Below the pieces are notes generated by a model that had not been told where the DNA came from, did not search any database, and worked only from the letters and a program-made list of their open reading frames with translations. From Lophium mytilinum (Eukaryota), in assembly GCA_010093605.1 (NCBI GenBank), contig MU004185.1:889334-953333 (forward strand): DNA of 64,000 bases, given 5' to 3'. The first letter of the stretch is position 1, and each line of letters opens with the position of its first letter. Both the position numbers and the translations under genes were made by a program. Shown here piece by piece: positions 1-13,092 of this stretch.

Positions 1-3000
1 CCATTGTGGTGAGGCGGGGGTCCATTTGTATGAGGCGGCGGTCCATTGGCGTGAGGGGGCCCGTTAGGGTGAGTCGGGGAGTAGGGCAGGTGTGGTGAAT
101 GCATGCCATTTGTCATAGTCATCATCGGAGCATTGGAGAGATGAAGGGGCGCAGGAGTATGAAGCGGAGGATAGGGCGATCGAATAGGTCCGTGATGCAT
201 GGATTGATAGGACGGAGGCCCGGAGTACTGCTGGTATCCATTCGTTTGATGCATTGGAGTGTATGGCGTCTGATATGGTTGATGGTGAGGAGGCATAGGT
301 GGCACCTGTTGAGGTTGATGAGACTGATGAGGTGGCGGCGGATGAGGGATCCCGTTGCTCATTTGCGGTGGATGAGATCCCCAATCTGGCATGTGCGGTG
401 GTTGCGGTGGCATATGAGGGTTCGGCTGCCATGTGGGCATTGGCGGAGGATATGAAGGGGGTGGAGGGGGTGATCGAACCGGTAGCTGTTGAGGTTCTGG
501 TATTGTTTGCGCTGGTGGGGTCGGTGACGGTGCTCTCTCCAACTCTGCTGGTTCTTCAGGAGCCATTTTCTTCTTCCAATGACATTTCTGACACAGGTAC
601 TTGGCGGTTTGGGTGATCGCAACGTCCGTGTCCACCGTGAGCCTAACCGCAACATCAGGCGCAGGAGGTGTTGCGTCGGGCATCGCATAGTCGTGATCTC
701 CTGTGCCATTGGGCAACTGCACTCCGTCAGGTCTTGGCTGCTTCTCCGACGCAATGTGGGGTTCTCGGTCGACGCCATTCATGACAACTCCCTCCATTGG
801 CTGGCTAGCAGAGACTGATATTGGGTTTGGTGCTGCAGTCTCCTTGACTTTCCACCACTTAGGGCTCGCGTCGATATCACACGTAGCGCATCGGCGTTCT
901 GATTTCGCAGACTTTGCTTCAGTATCCTCCTCTTCCTCTTTAACCTGAAGCCCAGCGTTGGACGGCCGTCCTGGTCTTGCTGACGTTGGGGTTGGGTTCG
1001 TTGTTGAAGTGCGCCGGTTGACTGTAGCTGGCCCTGTTGCCGCCGTGGGTAGTGTTTTCGTAGTTTGATCCATGAGACTGGCTTTCCGCGCGGTTCCGGT
1101 CAAGGTGAGGTCTGCCTGCTTGTAGTTCTGGGCATATAGTTGAAGTGCGTTTGTTCCAGCCTCATCTATTACCTCGCTCATCTGATGGACAATGGTCTTT
1201 GGTGTATGCTCCTTGCACCAGATAGCAGCAGTCATTGAGCCGGTTTCCCCACCAATCGTGAAAGTTGGGATCGCATCCCGACGAGTAGCCTTTACAGGTG
1301 TAATATCGAATCCAAACGTATAATTTGCCGCGTGTGCGCAGCCCACGTGAAAGAGGGCGTGACATTGATGGCAGGAAACGCAGGCGCCCACCGATGTCTT
1401 ACAGATCTTGCAACTACCATCATACCGAAGTGTTGGCGCGCCTACGCCTTCAACAACGTCTAGTGTCTTGGCTTTAACGAACTTGGTCTCTGGAGACCAC
1501 ACCGCACAAGGAACATGGACCCAGTTGTTGTCGGCCGTTCGCTTCAACGGTCCGCGGGGTATTTCGGGTCGGCCTTTATCGCGTTGTCCTTGACGGTAGT
1601 CTTCTCTGAATTTGTCGACAAGCTCTTTTTCAAGTCTTTCCTTTTCCCTCTCTCTGTCTGTCTTCTTCTTGTGAGACACCTTGGGAGGTTCCACGAGGTC
1701 AATATCAACGTCGACAACCGGACAAAGCACGCAGGAATAGTTCTAAGTAGTATGAGTATTCGACCAAGCTTTAGCAGATGTGATGAACTTACGTATGAAA
1801 CTTGCTCCTTCTTATCGTTTTTACACATATCACAGAACCAGTTCGGATTCCTAATGTATTCGATGCCGTAGCAGTTCCGGTGTACGGTCAACTTGCAGCC
1901 ACTACAGCTGATATGCTGATCGCCTAGCGGTTCTAGTTGCCTGCAAACAGCACAAGGCAAGATACGCATTCTAGGCTTGGCAGGAATAGGGGGAGGGGTA
2001 GGTGCTCGGGGAGGGGGTGGAGGTTTTTCCACCTTCTCCTTTTTCTTTGGAACGGGCTCAGCGATGGGCGTTACGGTGCCACTGTCTTTGTCTACGGCCG
2101 TCGTCTTTAATTTCTTCTTGGGAGGTTCGGGAACAGGTTGGCTAATCAACTCCATCTCTGGTAGTAGCTCCGGTCCTGGATGGGTCGCGGCTTCGTTTGC
2201 GGCGTAAACCTCTTTCAGGAGTTCTTCATCAATCCTCCTCTTCCAAGCTTTGCCTCCACCTTGTGCAACCTTCTTCGCAATTTCATCCGTATTCTCCCAT
2301 TTCACGGCATACTTTCGCCACAGACCAGCGCAGCGCAGACACAACGAAACAACGAACCCGCCGGCTTTTTCTTTCGCCATCGGTTTCCCCTCGGCGGATA
2401 TGATGGTGCCAGGCGCAGCGCCCGGAGCTCGACGCCATTGCCGAGATGACCGAGTTGAGCAGAATTTGCACTGAAAACCACGCTTCTTCGCCATGGCCTT
2501 GTCGTTGTCGAATGCGGAATCATCATAGTCGTCCGCAACATCGTCGAGTAACCTAGTACTAGGATCGGCCTTCACGCTGGGATCAGCCTTTGCATCAGCT
2601 TCGGCCTTTTTATTTTTTCCTTTTCGACCTCCATAGCCTCCCCAGATTTCTCTTCCTTTTGGAGTCTTCTTCCAGAGGTAATAGTATCTGACCGCATCTG
2701 CATGGCTAATCGTCTTAACATGCATGCGAACATTGCGAATTTCAGATCCGTATTTGGCTACGCCATCGTCCCACCGCTTCATTTCTTCCTTTGTCAGTTC
2801 TGGTTCGTGAAGATCTTTCCGCCTGTCTATTTTCTTAACATGCTTCAACGCGACGTCAGCGTCGTACTGGTGTTTGGTAAATAGCTGCAGACACTTGTCA
2901 AGAAAGTTGGTGCTGTACTCCTCGACTCCAATGGTCTTGGCAAATGTCTTTGCACGGTCCATGTAGGCCTTAACTTGCTCCTCGGTGCATGTGGGAGGAT

Positions 3001-5171
3001 CGTCCTCGCCTCGCGATGAATGAACACCCAAAGGCGGCATCTTGAACAGGAGCTCGGCGGTACATTTGGAATCCTTGTTGGGTAGATCTTCGCCTCGACG
3101 GACATATCCTGCAGGCTCGTCTTGTACCCACTTTGGGCGCTTTGCCTTTTCTGCCCTGTCTGCCTCCATTGCAGCAACAGTTTCTTTGGAAAGCTTGGTC
3201 TCCTTCTTGTGGCCTGGTCCCTTGACGTAGCGTTTCTTGATCTCGGCTGGCTTGACAAGCTCGACTATATGGCCATGCCAGACGTTGACGTTTGCCTGGT
3301 GTCTCGGACCGAGGCGGGAACTGGCACGTGGATAGATCGCTCGATCATCGTATTGCAACGCATCTTCTACCCGGCAATGAATACCTAGATAGCGCATAGG
3401 CCACATCTTTGCAAGTGCAATCTCAGCCTGAGTTCCCGGATGTTTGTCGATCACGGGTGCATCGGATCCGCCGGGACTAGGTGTGGTGGTAGCACCTCCG
3501 GCATCTTCCTCTTCTTCGTCAAGAAGCTCCTCTTCGTCAGGATCTTCGTTAGCACCGCCAATCAGCGGAGTTCGACGAGCCTCAAGCTTTCGCTCTTGAG
3601 CTCTACTACACGGGCCGCAAGCCCATGCGAAACCCCTGGATGGTTTCTTGAGTAGAGGCGGCCGGACGCAAGTCATATGGTACGTATTGCGGCAGACTGC
3701 ACATTCAACTGAATCATTCCTGTTGTGCGATTGAGTTTAGCAACTGTGTTGGAGTGACAGACAGTATAGACGACTTACGAGGCGCAATAAGATGTACACC
3801 GCTTGCAGGTCTTCACCGCACTCGTTAATTCCTTTACGCGGGCGGCCTCAACGACCAAGTATTTCCACCGCTCGTCCAGTGCTTTTTTTACCTTCTCGGG
3901 AACGTTGATGACTGATGAAGTGGGAATCGCTTCATACCATCGGTGAATGAAGCGATCGAAGACTTGGATAAAGTAGAAGGAATCCTTCGTCTTCCGATAT
4001 TCGTCAAGATCTTTTATTTCGCTCCGGTGGACGATTTTACATCGTCCTCGCAAGGAAGTGATGGGGCAGATGTCTGAATGCATAGTGGAATACACAATGC
4101 GAGTGTCGTTGTTGTACCGCAAGACATCCCGCGGCCTGTAGTACCAGTTGCAGCGCATAGAGTCAACAGGCGCACTTGCTTTGTTGTCCACATGGAGAAA
4201 CTCCATGATTCTACAGAGGTAATATGGCTCTCCTGGTGGCTCACAGACGAGATAGACGTGATCTAAGCACAAATTTAGCATGATTCTGGGGCCCGAAATA
4301 TTGGTAAGGCTTTAATTTACGTACCATTCACAGACAAGAAGGTGCCATCATCCGCCTCTAGTTTCCCGTTTTTTAGAAAAGCTTTGGACTTCTCAAAGGT
4401 CATCATGTTCGTTTCCCGCGAGTGGTTAGCTGCAATCATGGCGGTGGATCTTCGCGAAGACGCTTGGCCCGACGCATAACCGCCAGAATGATTCCCATTC
4501 GTGGTCGCGTGGTTTGCAGCATTCTTCCGTCGTTTCGGCTGCGGTGCAGGAGCGACATTGGGGTTTGCGGAAAAGCTCGAGGTTCCGGGTATCGTGGATG
4601 GTGCTTCCTTCGAGGGTGGAGTGGGTGCCCACGTCGCGTTGCCTGTACCGTTAGGCTTCTTCCCAATTGACCCCGGAGATTGTCTGCCCTCGCTCGCCAG
4701 CGACCCACGCGAGGGTGCCTCAGATATTGTTCCGTTGGCTGGCGCGGGCGCCGCCTCGAAGTCCATCTCGACATCCTCGGCGTAATTTATTCGTGAAGTG
4801 CCAGGACGGTTCCGTGAACGCGTGCCATAAGGCGCAGCGCCAGCGCTTGATTCCTTCGCCGAAGCATGCGAGGATGCAGAAGTAGTTGCGGTCATGGGCT
4901 GCGATTGCGCTGGCGCATCGGTTGCTGAAGGGGTGCCTACGGCTGACTGGGTCTGTGGTGCTGGCTGGCGGAGGTCTGAGGGTGCGGCGGGCGTCGAGGT
5001 TCGAGTACTCGAGGGCTTGTCCGCCGCGGTCGAGGGCGCTACATCGTCCGCAGTCGCTTTGGAGGCGATGTCTGGCGCGTTCTCCTCGCTGCGCGCAGCG
5101 TCTGCTACGTTGGGGTGATTCACAGCTCTGAAGGACGAAGCCTCGCCTCCGCCATTCCGAACATCAACCAT
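1..5171 (-). CDS. SNT2: Snt2-like chromatin protein / E3 ligase (BAH, PHD, ELM2/SANT, further PHD fingers); 3' end lies outside the window
   Basis: ATG at 5171. GT-AG introns at about 4263-4324, 3720-3778 and 1743-1792 join ORFs 4317-5189, 3775-4281 and 1544-3676 to a final exon open to position 1. Motifs: BAH (YLVCEPPGEPYYLCRIMEF, CNWYYRPRD), PHD (CKRC..YC...YHMTCVRPPL...WACGPC), ELM2 (RLGPRHQANV), second PHD (CAVC...VHRNCYG...WFCDMC), extended PHD (NNWVHVPCAVW...CKIC...FHVGCAH), and a Pro/His-rich tail with NGPPPH repeats. Confidence 0.9.
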
Positions 5172-7543
5172 GGCGTCCGATCCCTGCAAGAGGTCGACTC
5201 GGCACGGCAGAGTGCTAGAGGAGATGGCGAGAGTCCCGGCGAGCGCTGGCGCGGCCCGTCGTCAGAGCTGTGAGTGAGGGACTGGCGTCGAGCACGGAAT
5301 ATCACGGCCGCATGAGAGGCCTGGGACGCGCATTCATCCAGTAACGTGGGTCAGGAACGTCGAGAATGATGCGGTTCGAGAGAAGTGATGGTGTCAGCGA
5401 TGCAGTCGACCACGGCAAGCCTCAAGGCGCCCAGGGGTCGGGGGAGTGGATGAGAGTGTAAAAAGGGTGGAGTGGTGATGGAAAGTGCAGCAGGATGCAG
5501 GTGTGGCCGGTGGAGGGTCAAAGGCATACAGCGGAGCGCCAAGTCGTTGGAGGGCCCAGGACCCAGAACCGATTGATGAGCACGCCTGCGGGCAGCACGG
5601 CAGGGTCTCGTATCTAACGCGCGCCGGCCGTAGACTCCAGTATCGAGCGCGGTCGGACAGGGAGAGGGATGGGGCATAGCGTCACGGCACGCCTTCCATG
5701 GTCATGTCACAGCACCATCGTGGGAGAGACTTCTGTTTGCTCTGCCTCTCTTCAAGCCTGCGGATTAACCCTAGCTGCCCCCCAAGCTTCATGATGTTCC
5801 TTTGGGATCGCCTATGTATGGCGCATCCAATCACCGTGCGCGTCGCATTCCCTCACAAGGGACTGGAACCTCCCGCCAGCGGCAATGGAGCAGCCAAAAG
5901 GATGCCGTCTGAATCCATATCTGCTCACTAGGGCCTACCATGCTCTCCAATTCATGGAAATTCTTAATGGAAATAGTAGTGGCGCATAACCATCCCCAGC
6001 CAGCAAATCGCCCGCAATCCGGTCATGCGATCTGGTTTATTGCAAGTCTTTTGCGGTTTTCGAGGGGCCAGCCAGACGGCAAAAGAAATCCGCCTGGGTA
6101 GCCCGTAATCCTAGGTTTGGAGCTGCAGTGGTGGGTGGAGGCGAAAATAGCATCTAGTCCTTCAACGCGATGAAGTCGGGGGGGAATCCACCGGGAGGGA
6201 GGCGTTGCGCTAAGCCTGCGCTAAGCCTTTCCAAAGACGAGTCGATCACGTGCCTCTCACACGTCAGCGCCTTCATTTGAACGTTGCACACACCGAAAGG
6301 CACCCAAAAACCCCGAGAAGGCCCCCAAAAAACAGCAGGTGCGCGGGGAAGTCTGCTGGAATTCATACCTGCCCTGCTGATTGCGATTCGCCCATACACA
6401 CCGTTCCCGGCAGGTTCCCATCATTTCTGTCTCACTCACACAGCACGGGCTGGATTTCATTTCTACCTGCTCCAGCGCCCGTTGGATCACAGCGAGGCCC
6501 GGTGCACGGATACGCCGGACTCAGGGCCTTCTTCTGTTTCTGGCTGCAAGACTCCCCCCGCGCTTCATGTGGGAGAGAATGCATCGTACTCAAGAGCCGT
6601 CAGCTGGGCCGCTGCCTATCCACTCGCGCGAATCTTTGCTTTATCTCCGCATCCAACACCCCCGAGGCCCTTCATTCGCCCAGCCCTCGTTTCTCAACTC
6701 GCCATCCTGGATGCCGCCTATGGTCTGATATGCTGGTTGCGTTATTGGCTGCGCTCGAACCCTGGTTCAGCCTTGTCTCTTTTTGGACGTCCGGGCATCA
6801 AGATGAAAATCGCGATACCAAGCAGCGGGCAACATCCCCGGCACACCATCGGTTGGTTGCGGCTTGGTTCTTTCAACGCTTTTTCGCACGTGCCCTCTAC
6901 TTGCTAGAACCTGCGTCGATTTCCACGAAGGCTTTTGCTGGGTGTTGACGGAGATGATGAACTAACGCATAGCGAAGCTAAGGAGCCAATGGTAACCCGT
7001 ATCGGCAATTCGAGGGGATACTTTGTCGCAGAAGTACCTTGATGCCATAGCTGGTCGATCGCCGCTAGGTGAGTGACTCTCAAGGGATGAAACCGGAGGA
7101 CATCTACATAGTTAATTTCGCTTGCACTTGAACGAAGAAAGCGATGGGAGCACCTCGAAGGGCCTAAGTAATGAAGAGGATGTGTCCACGCAACAGTATC
7201 CTGGTACTTTCGGGAAACTCATGTCATGTTTCAGCAGCTCGACGTCACGTTCACAGTGACACTAGCGGGGGAAATTATCAAGCACGAACAGACTCCGATT
7301 TCCGTGTCATATCAGCAATACTATACAAATATCGCACAAATAAGCGAAATGTCAAGGCAAACAAGTCTTGCAGGTCAAAGTCTCTCGCCTCATCCCCACG
7401 TCGTCCTCCTGGCATTCGTCCCCAAAGCAGCCCCTCACTCCGTGCTCCCGGATAATCATTACCCATGGTCCTGGTATGCCCATTCTTTCTGTGCCCCCTC
7501 CTTAGAACGCTCGAGTCTCGAATTAGTCTGACTGAAGGATCGA

Positions 7544-8142
7544 TTACAAAGCGAAAATAGCCATGAGAAGACCAGCAAAGCTAGCGGCGCCTGCACCCAT
7601 CTGGGCATGAGCGTTGGCTGCTCCAGTGGAAGAAGAAGCGGCAGCTCCGGTGACGGTTCCAGTGGCACTGCCAGTTGCCTTGGTGCCGGTCGTAGATTTG
7701 CCTAAGCACATGTTAGCACGCGCCATGCTTTACCAAGGCGAGCAGAATTACCAGTAGCTTCGGAAGCTTGGCTACCAGTGACGGAAGCAGAAGCGACGGC
7801 GGTTCCAGCGGCATCAGCGATGGTCTGGCTGGTGGGGAAATGGCTGGCGATGCAGGCCTGCACACACGCGCTGTACTTCTGAGTCGCGGCAGGGGTTCCA
7901 TCGCCCTGATCGCACTTCATGGCGCACTGGGTGGTGTCGACGACCTGCGAAGAGTTGGGGTGGGCGGCGCCCACGCAGGCAGCCTCGCAGTCGACATCGC
8001 CAGCCTTGCAAAGCGCAATGCAGGTCTGGGCGGGGGAGAGACCGCTCACAACGGACGGAGCAGCAGTGACGGTAGCCGAGGCATTAGGCCGGGCGAAAGC
8101 GCACGCGATGAGTGTGGACAGGATGATAGCAGAGTACTTCAT
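7544..8142 (-). CDS. Small secreted, probably GPI-anchored, Cys-containing Ser/Thr/Ala-rich cell-surface protein
   Basis: Signal peptide MKYSAIILSTLIACAFA. Cys-rich domain CIALCKAGDVDCEAAC...CAMKCDQGDG...CVQAC. Intron 7702-7751 (GTAATT...CTAAC...TAG) joins to an S/T/A-rich exon ending in the hydrophobic tail GAASFAGLLMAIFAL*. Confidence 0.85.
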
Positions 8143-8562
8143 GTTGAGAATTGTTGTGGAGATTGGCGGTGATTTGGCTGTGTTGTTATTAAAAGTGATA
8201 TGGAGGCTCTTGTGAAGGCACGTGGAATGGAACGTCGGCTACAAGCGTCGGACAAGCGAGTGTGCGAAAGGAACTGGTAACGAGTGTGGTGAATGCGGTG
8301 ATCAAAGTTCGAGGAATCTGGGGAACGAGGGAGTCTTTTATTGCAAGTCAGGAGATTTGCAGGGGGCTAGCCGTGTTCGCCAGGAGCACCCGTCACAGCC
8401 GCCCTTCATTGGTGCGGGAGATGATAAGGTTCAGCAGGGACCACCAGTCTCCGCCTTGGCGTTCACTCAACTCAACGCGTATCACGCGTCTACCAGCAAA
8501 GCAAGTATCTCAACCACTCCACTCCACCAAAGCGTCTCCACCGGGTGATCCAATGCATTGCC

Positions 8563-11500
8563 ATGTCGGACACGGACGACTATGGCGACTTCGACGACGA
8601 GCTGCTTGAGGTTGCCACCCAGGTTGAGCGCGCCGCCTCAGCATTCCTGCCGTCTCCAAGGCCACAGAAGCGGCGGCGGTTGGCGGGACATGTCTCCGAC
8701 CATGACAATGAGAGCGACAGTGACATTCCAATAATAAGGAAACCCGTCCAGAAAGTGAGGCGCCAAAGCAGGGTTGTTGCTGAGAGTGAGGAGGGCGAAG
8801 ACGCATTCGATCCAGCACCACTTGCCACCAGCATCCACGTACGCGTGAAAAACAAACCACAGAAAGAGGCGAAGAACCGATCAGATCGGGAGAAAACTCC
8901 AAACAAGGCGCCACGAGCCCCTAAAACCACGCCACGGCGACGCAAAGGAAGCGCTACTCAATCGTCGACAGAGCTCGATCTAGCCCAATCGACCTCGGCA
9001 ACCTCCATTAGCTCCGCTGGGAAGAGAAAGAGAGCAAGAAAGCCCAAAGGCAAGGAGAACGCTCCAGACGCGGAGTCTCCCACCAAAAAAGCGCCCAAGA
9101 AGCCCAAACACAGGATTCACATTCCTGTCAAGGCCATCAATCTTGACGACATCTACGCTACCCAACTACCCGATTCTGATTCAAGTCCCGAGACTCTTAG
9201 GGGACCAGTATGGCAAAAGAGTCGGAATCCAACTCCTACCAGTGCCGGAGTGGGGGAACTATTGGCTGGAAAGCCTAGTTCTGCTACGAGTATTGCTGGG
9301 CAGATGCCTGGAAATGTCCGAGGCCATACCGCGCAGTTGCAAATGGCAGCGCCCGAATCAATAGCAACTACATCGGGAAAGAACACGTCTGCCGCCAGTC
9401 GTGTTTCTTCTGCAAGCATTGGTGGTGTGGAGTCTCCTAAGCTTCCCGTCAACACAGCTCAAACTGCAGCATTTGATGCCGCCCTGGAGCTCGCCGACAT
9501 TGCCTCTGACGCTTTCGACTCGTCTTCGTCCCCACAGAAACAGGATGATATCATTTTCCTTTCGTCACAAGTCTCGCCAGCTCGTCGTCTGCCCGCACCC
9601 CAGACCGGATTTCGTCAAACAACGCTGTTCGGCACAGTGGGTGACAAAGAGCCCTTCCCAGCTTCACAAGTTAAGAAACGCTACAACTTTACTGCGTCAC
9701 AAAAGCCGGAGCCCCCTACTCACCATAAGCTCGACCGGGAAGCCATGAAGACTTGGGTTTATCCGACTAATCTCGGGACAATACGAGATTACCAATTCAA
9801 CATTGTTGCGCGTGGGCTTTTCAATAACTTGTTGGTGGCCTTGCCCACTGGCCTTGGAAAAACTTTCATTGCTGCTACAATCATGCTAAATTGGTTCCGC
9901 TGGACGACAGATGCCCAGATCGTTTTCGTCGCGCCCACGAAACCACTCGTTTCACAACAAGTTGAGGCCTGTTTTGGGATAGCTGGCATACCACGATCAC
10001 AGACCACCATGCTCACTGGTGGTATCAGCCCAGGACTGAGGGCAGAGGAGTGGTTGACCAAAAGAGTTTTCTTCATGACTCCACAAACCATCATGAATGA
10101 CCTCAAGACCGGGATCTGTGATCCAAAAAAGATCGTCCTTCTAGTGGTTGATGAAGCTCACAGAGCCACGGGAGCGTATGCGTACGTCGAGGTTGTCACA
10201 TTCATACGCCGCTTCAACGAATGCTTCCGCGTGCTCGCACTAACTGCTACTCCTGGAGCGGACGTTGAGTCAGTCCAGAAAGTCATTGACGGGCTGGATA
10301 TTTCACGAGTCGAGATTAGAACAGAGCAGTCCCTTGACATTCGGAACTATGTTCACAGCAGGAAGATTGAAACACATGTGTTCCAGAACTCGGACGAAAT
10401 GGAGATGTGTATGTCCCTTTATTGTCAAGCGGTGCAGCCTGTCTTGAACCAGCTCAATGGGCAGAATGCGTTTTGGATCACGAATCCTCTCGAAATAACA
10501 CCCTACGGTTGTGTGATGGCTCGCCAGAAATGGATGAGAGATGCAGGCCGAAATGCTTCGTTCGGTGTCAAGGGCATGGTGAACTCCATATTCAGTATTC
10601 TCGGAAGCTTGTCGCATAGCATGGAACTACTCAAATACCATGGTCTGGGCCCTTTCTACCAAGGACTCGTCGGCTTTAGAACGGCGGCGGACCAGAAGAA
10701 CTCAAAGTACAAGAAGATGATCCTTGATAGCGAGCAGTTCAAGAAGTTGATGGCTAGGCTTCACGTTTGGGTCAATAACGACAACTTCATCGGCCATCCC
10801 AAACTCGACTTCCTGCAAGAAGCCATCCTCGAGCACTTCGTGAATGCCGGAGAAGGTAGAGGTCCTGAGGGCGCGCCACCATCAAGTACCCGTATAATGG
10901 TCTTTGCCCATTTCAGAGACAGCGCCGACGAGATTGTCCGTGTTTTGAAACGAAATAGCCCTATGATTCGACCTCATGTCTTCGTAGGACAAGCCGCCTC
11001 GAAGAATTCCGAGGGCATGGACCAAAAAACGCAGCTGGACGTCATTCAGAAATTCAAGAATGGTGTCTACAACACTCTCATTGCCACTTCTATCGGTGAG
11101 GAGGGCCTGGATATTGGCGAGGTTGATCTCATCATCTGTTATGATTCTAAGGCTTCACCCATACGTATGCTTCAGCGAATGGGCCGAACAGGTCGCAAGC
11201 GTGCTGGCAAGATCATTCTGCTCCAAATGAAGGGCAAAGAGGAGACCGATGCCATCAGAGCCAAAGACAACTACGAGAAGATGCAGGAGCTTATTGCCAA
11301 TGGTTCACGGTTTGCCTTCCACGAGGAGCGCTCTCGTCGGATCCTGCCGAAGGACATACAACCTGTTGTGGATAAACGACATGTCGAGATCCCATTTGAG
11401 AACTCACAAAAAGAGCTGCCTGAACCAAAGAAGGGCCGTGGTAGAGCACCTAAACGCCCGCCTAAGAAATTCCATATGCCGGACAATGTCAGAACGGGGT

Positions 11501-12516
11501 TCGTGCAAGCATCGAGAATGGGTGATGATGACGCTGAGGAACAAGTTCCCACTCGACGCGCAACAAGGAAGGTGGAAAAGAAATACCCTAGTGAAGAGCC
11601 GGTTGTCCTAAAAGCTTTAGAAGAAGTCTTGCTCAACGATTTGGAAATGAAAGATCTCGAGCGTCGATACCAGACCGTCATCGACGACGATGATATGCCA
11701 ACTATTAGCGCTCTAAATTTTTCAGCTCATCCGGCTCGACAGCGTACCATGGCCAGGACCGCAGCTTTCCGGCGTCCCGGCCGCTTGACCTCGTCTATTG
11801 TAGATATGCTACGAAGAATGCATCGTGTGGACGAGGATCAGGTTGAGGAATTCAAAAACAACCTTGATCATGCTGATCTAGGGGCAAGCGTCGTTAGCGG
11901 AGATTTTGTCATTTCTGACGCCTCTAAAACTGAAGATCGATCACAAGCACTGCGTCCGGAGCCACCATCACTGCCTGCCAAACCTCGCGGTCGCCCGCCT
12001 AAGACCCCAGCTCGCCCGAAATCTCGTCCGATTGCGCGGCCCCAACCCTTCCGCATATCAGACTTGGTAGAGGAAGGCGCGTCGAGCAGCCCACCTCCTA
12101 CCGATCCTCGCATGCGCATACCATCTCAAGCCGAAACTCTGGGTTCCGACACTTCTGGATCTGAGCCCGAGCAAGAAGAGTTCGACTCAGAGCTTGCAGC
12201 TTTCGTTGCGGATGACGACGAAGTTCTTGGAGAGTTTAGCTCGTCGCTGCCAAACATCGATTCAGTGAACGGATCATTCAGAATACCAACAGTCACCAAG
12301 GGCATCGCTAAAGTTCAGACAAGGACACCGATGTTCTATACCTCTCAACAGGTAGCGAGCAGTGACGAGGATGAGGAGCTTCCGGATCTCAGTACATTGG
12401 TTGGCAAGAGGAAACCCGAAGTCATTGAGGATGATGACGATGACGATAATGACGTGCCGGTGGTTAGGCAGCGCAAGCGTGTAAGGAGGATTGTAGACGA
12501 TGATAGTGATGAGTGA
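8563..12516 (+). CDS. MPH1: ATP-dependent DNA helicase Mph1/FANCM family
   Basis: Single long ORF with first ATG at 8563. Motifs: TWVYPTN...IRDYQFNI, Walker A LPTGLGKT, DEAH (VVDEAHRATG), ALTATPG, HPKL, IATSIGEEGLDIGEVDLIICYD and QRMGRTGRKRAG. Confidence 0.95.
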   Translation: MSDTDDYGDFDDELLEVATQVERAASAFLPSPRPQKRRRLAGHVSDHDNESDSDIPIIRKPVQKVRRQSRVVAESEEGEDAFDPAPLATSIHVRVKNKPQKEAKNRSDREKTPNKAPRAPKTTPRRRKGSATQSSTELDLAQSTSATSISSAGKRKRARKPKGKENAPDAESPTKKAPKKPKHRIHIPVKAINLDDIYATQLPDSDSSPETLRGPVWQKSRNPTPTSAGVGELLAGKPSSATSIAGQMPGNVRGHTAQLQMAAPESIATTSGKNTSAASRVSSASIGGVESPKLPVNTAQTAAFDAALELADIASDAFDSSSSPQKQDDIIFLSSQVSPARRLPAPQTGFRQTTLFGTVGDKEPFPASQVKKRYNFTASQKPEPPTHHKLDREAMKTWVYPTNLGTIRDYQFNIVARGLFNNLLVALPTGLGKTFIAATIMLNWFRWTTDAQIVFVAPTKPLVSQQVEACFGIAGIPRSQTTMLTGGISPGLRAEEWLTKRVFFMTPQTIMNDLKTGICDPKKIVLLVVDEAHRATGAYAYVEVVTFIRRFNECFRVLALTATPGADVESVQKVIDGLDISRVEIRTEQSLDIRNYVHSRKIETHVFQNSDEMEMCMSLYCQAVQPVLNQLNGQNAFWITNPLEITPYGCVMARQKWMRDAGRNASFGVKGMVNSIFSILGSLSHSMELLKYHGLGPFYQGLVGFRTAADQKNSKYKKMILDSEQFKKLMARLHVWVNNDNFIGHPKLDFLQEAILEHFVNAGEGRGPEGAPPSSTRIMVFAHFRDSADEIVRVLKRNSPMIRPHVFVGQAASKNSEGMDQKTQLDVIQKFKNGVYNTLIATSIGEEGLDIGEVDLIICYDSKASPIRMLQRMGRTGRKRAGKIILLQMKGKEETDAIRAKDNYEKMQELIANGSRFAFHEERSRRILPKDIQPVVDKRHVEIPFENSQKELPEPKKGRGRAPKRPPKKFHMPDNVRTGFVQASRMGDDDAEEQVPTRRATRKVEKKYPSEEPVVLKALEEVLLNDLEMKDLERRYQTVIDDDDMPTISALNFSAHPARQRTMARTAAFRRPGRLTSSIVDMLRRMHRVDEDQVEEFKNNLDHADLGASVVSGDFVISDASKTEDRSQALRPEPPSLPAKPRGRPPKTPARPKSRPIARPQPFRISDLVEEGASSSPPPTDPRMRIPSQAETLGSDTSGSEPEQEEFDSELAAFVADDDEVLGEFSSSLPNIDSVNGSFRIPTVTKGIAKVQTRTPMFYTSQQVASSDEDEELPDLSTLVGKRKPEVIEDDDDDDNDVPVVRQRKRVRRIVDDDSDE

Positions 12517-13092
12517 TGGATTGATTAGCGCTGCATATAACAGATTTCTTGTATATCCTAGCTGGAGCGTTGACTTGGTACCGCCCAATATCATCCCAAA
12601 GATATGGTTCGCAAGGTGTGATGAGCTTGTCAATGTGAGTAAGCTTTTGTTGCTTAAAGGTGTTGTCAATGAAGTGTAAAAGGTCGCCGAAAAGCCTGGT
12701 CGTATTGGACTTCAATACTATGTGGCAAGCAGAGTTTGAGAAAGAACAGGTCTACCTTTATTTCTCTCTCCATGTGCAACATAAAATGACTCGTCATAGA
12801 TGTCTGCACACTCATTTGCCTCTACATGAGTTGTCTCAAAGGACTTTCAGCATTTAAAATAAAAGAGAAAGTCACAACTGTTAAATCCACGAGGCTACTC
12901 CAGACAGTGTCAGCACGGTGTACGTGGATTGGAGCATGTAAGCCGCCGCTTTCGATGAGGTACTGCAGATGCCGCATCCAATTACACCCCTCCTAATGCA
13001 GCCCAGCGCAAAGCCGCATGAGGCCTGCATACCTTCCATCATGAGCGCTTCGTTTCTGCCTTGGAGACCTCCGTAAGTCGTGGAGGGTTAAC

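Noticed and set aside
5764..5774. Telomerase-template-like TAACCCTA (also CCTAACCCT near 33397)
   Set aside because: Short matches are expected by chance, and I recognised no supporting telomerase RNA structure.
6250..6948. Overlapping 232-aa and 207-aa ORFs upstream of SNT2
   Set aside because: Non-ATG starts, no motifs and promoter-like composition. Nearby splice-like signals (6961-6972, 7069) could not be assembled into a gene.
6954..7080. Box C-like ATGATGA suggesting a C/D snoRNA
   Set aside because: No matching box D (CTGA) or terminal stem at a suitable distance.
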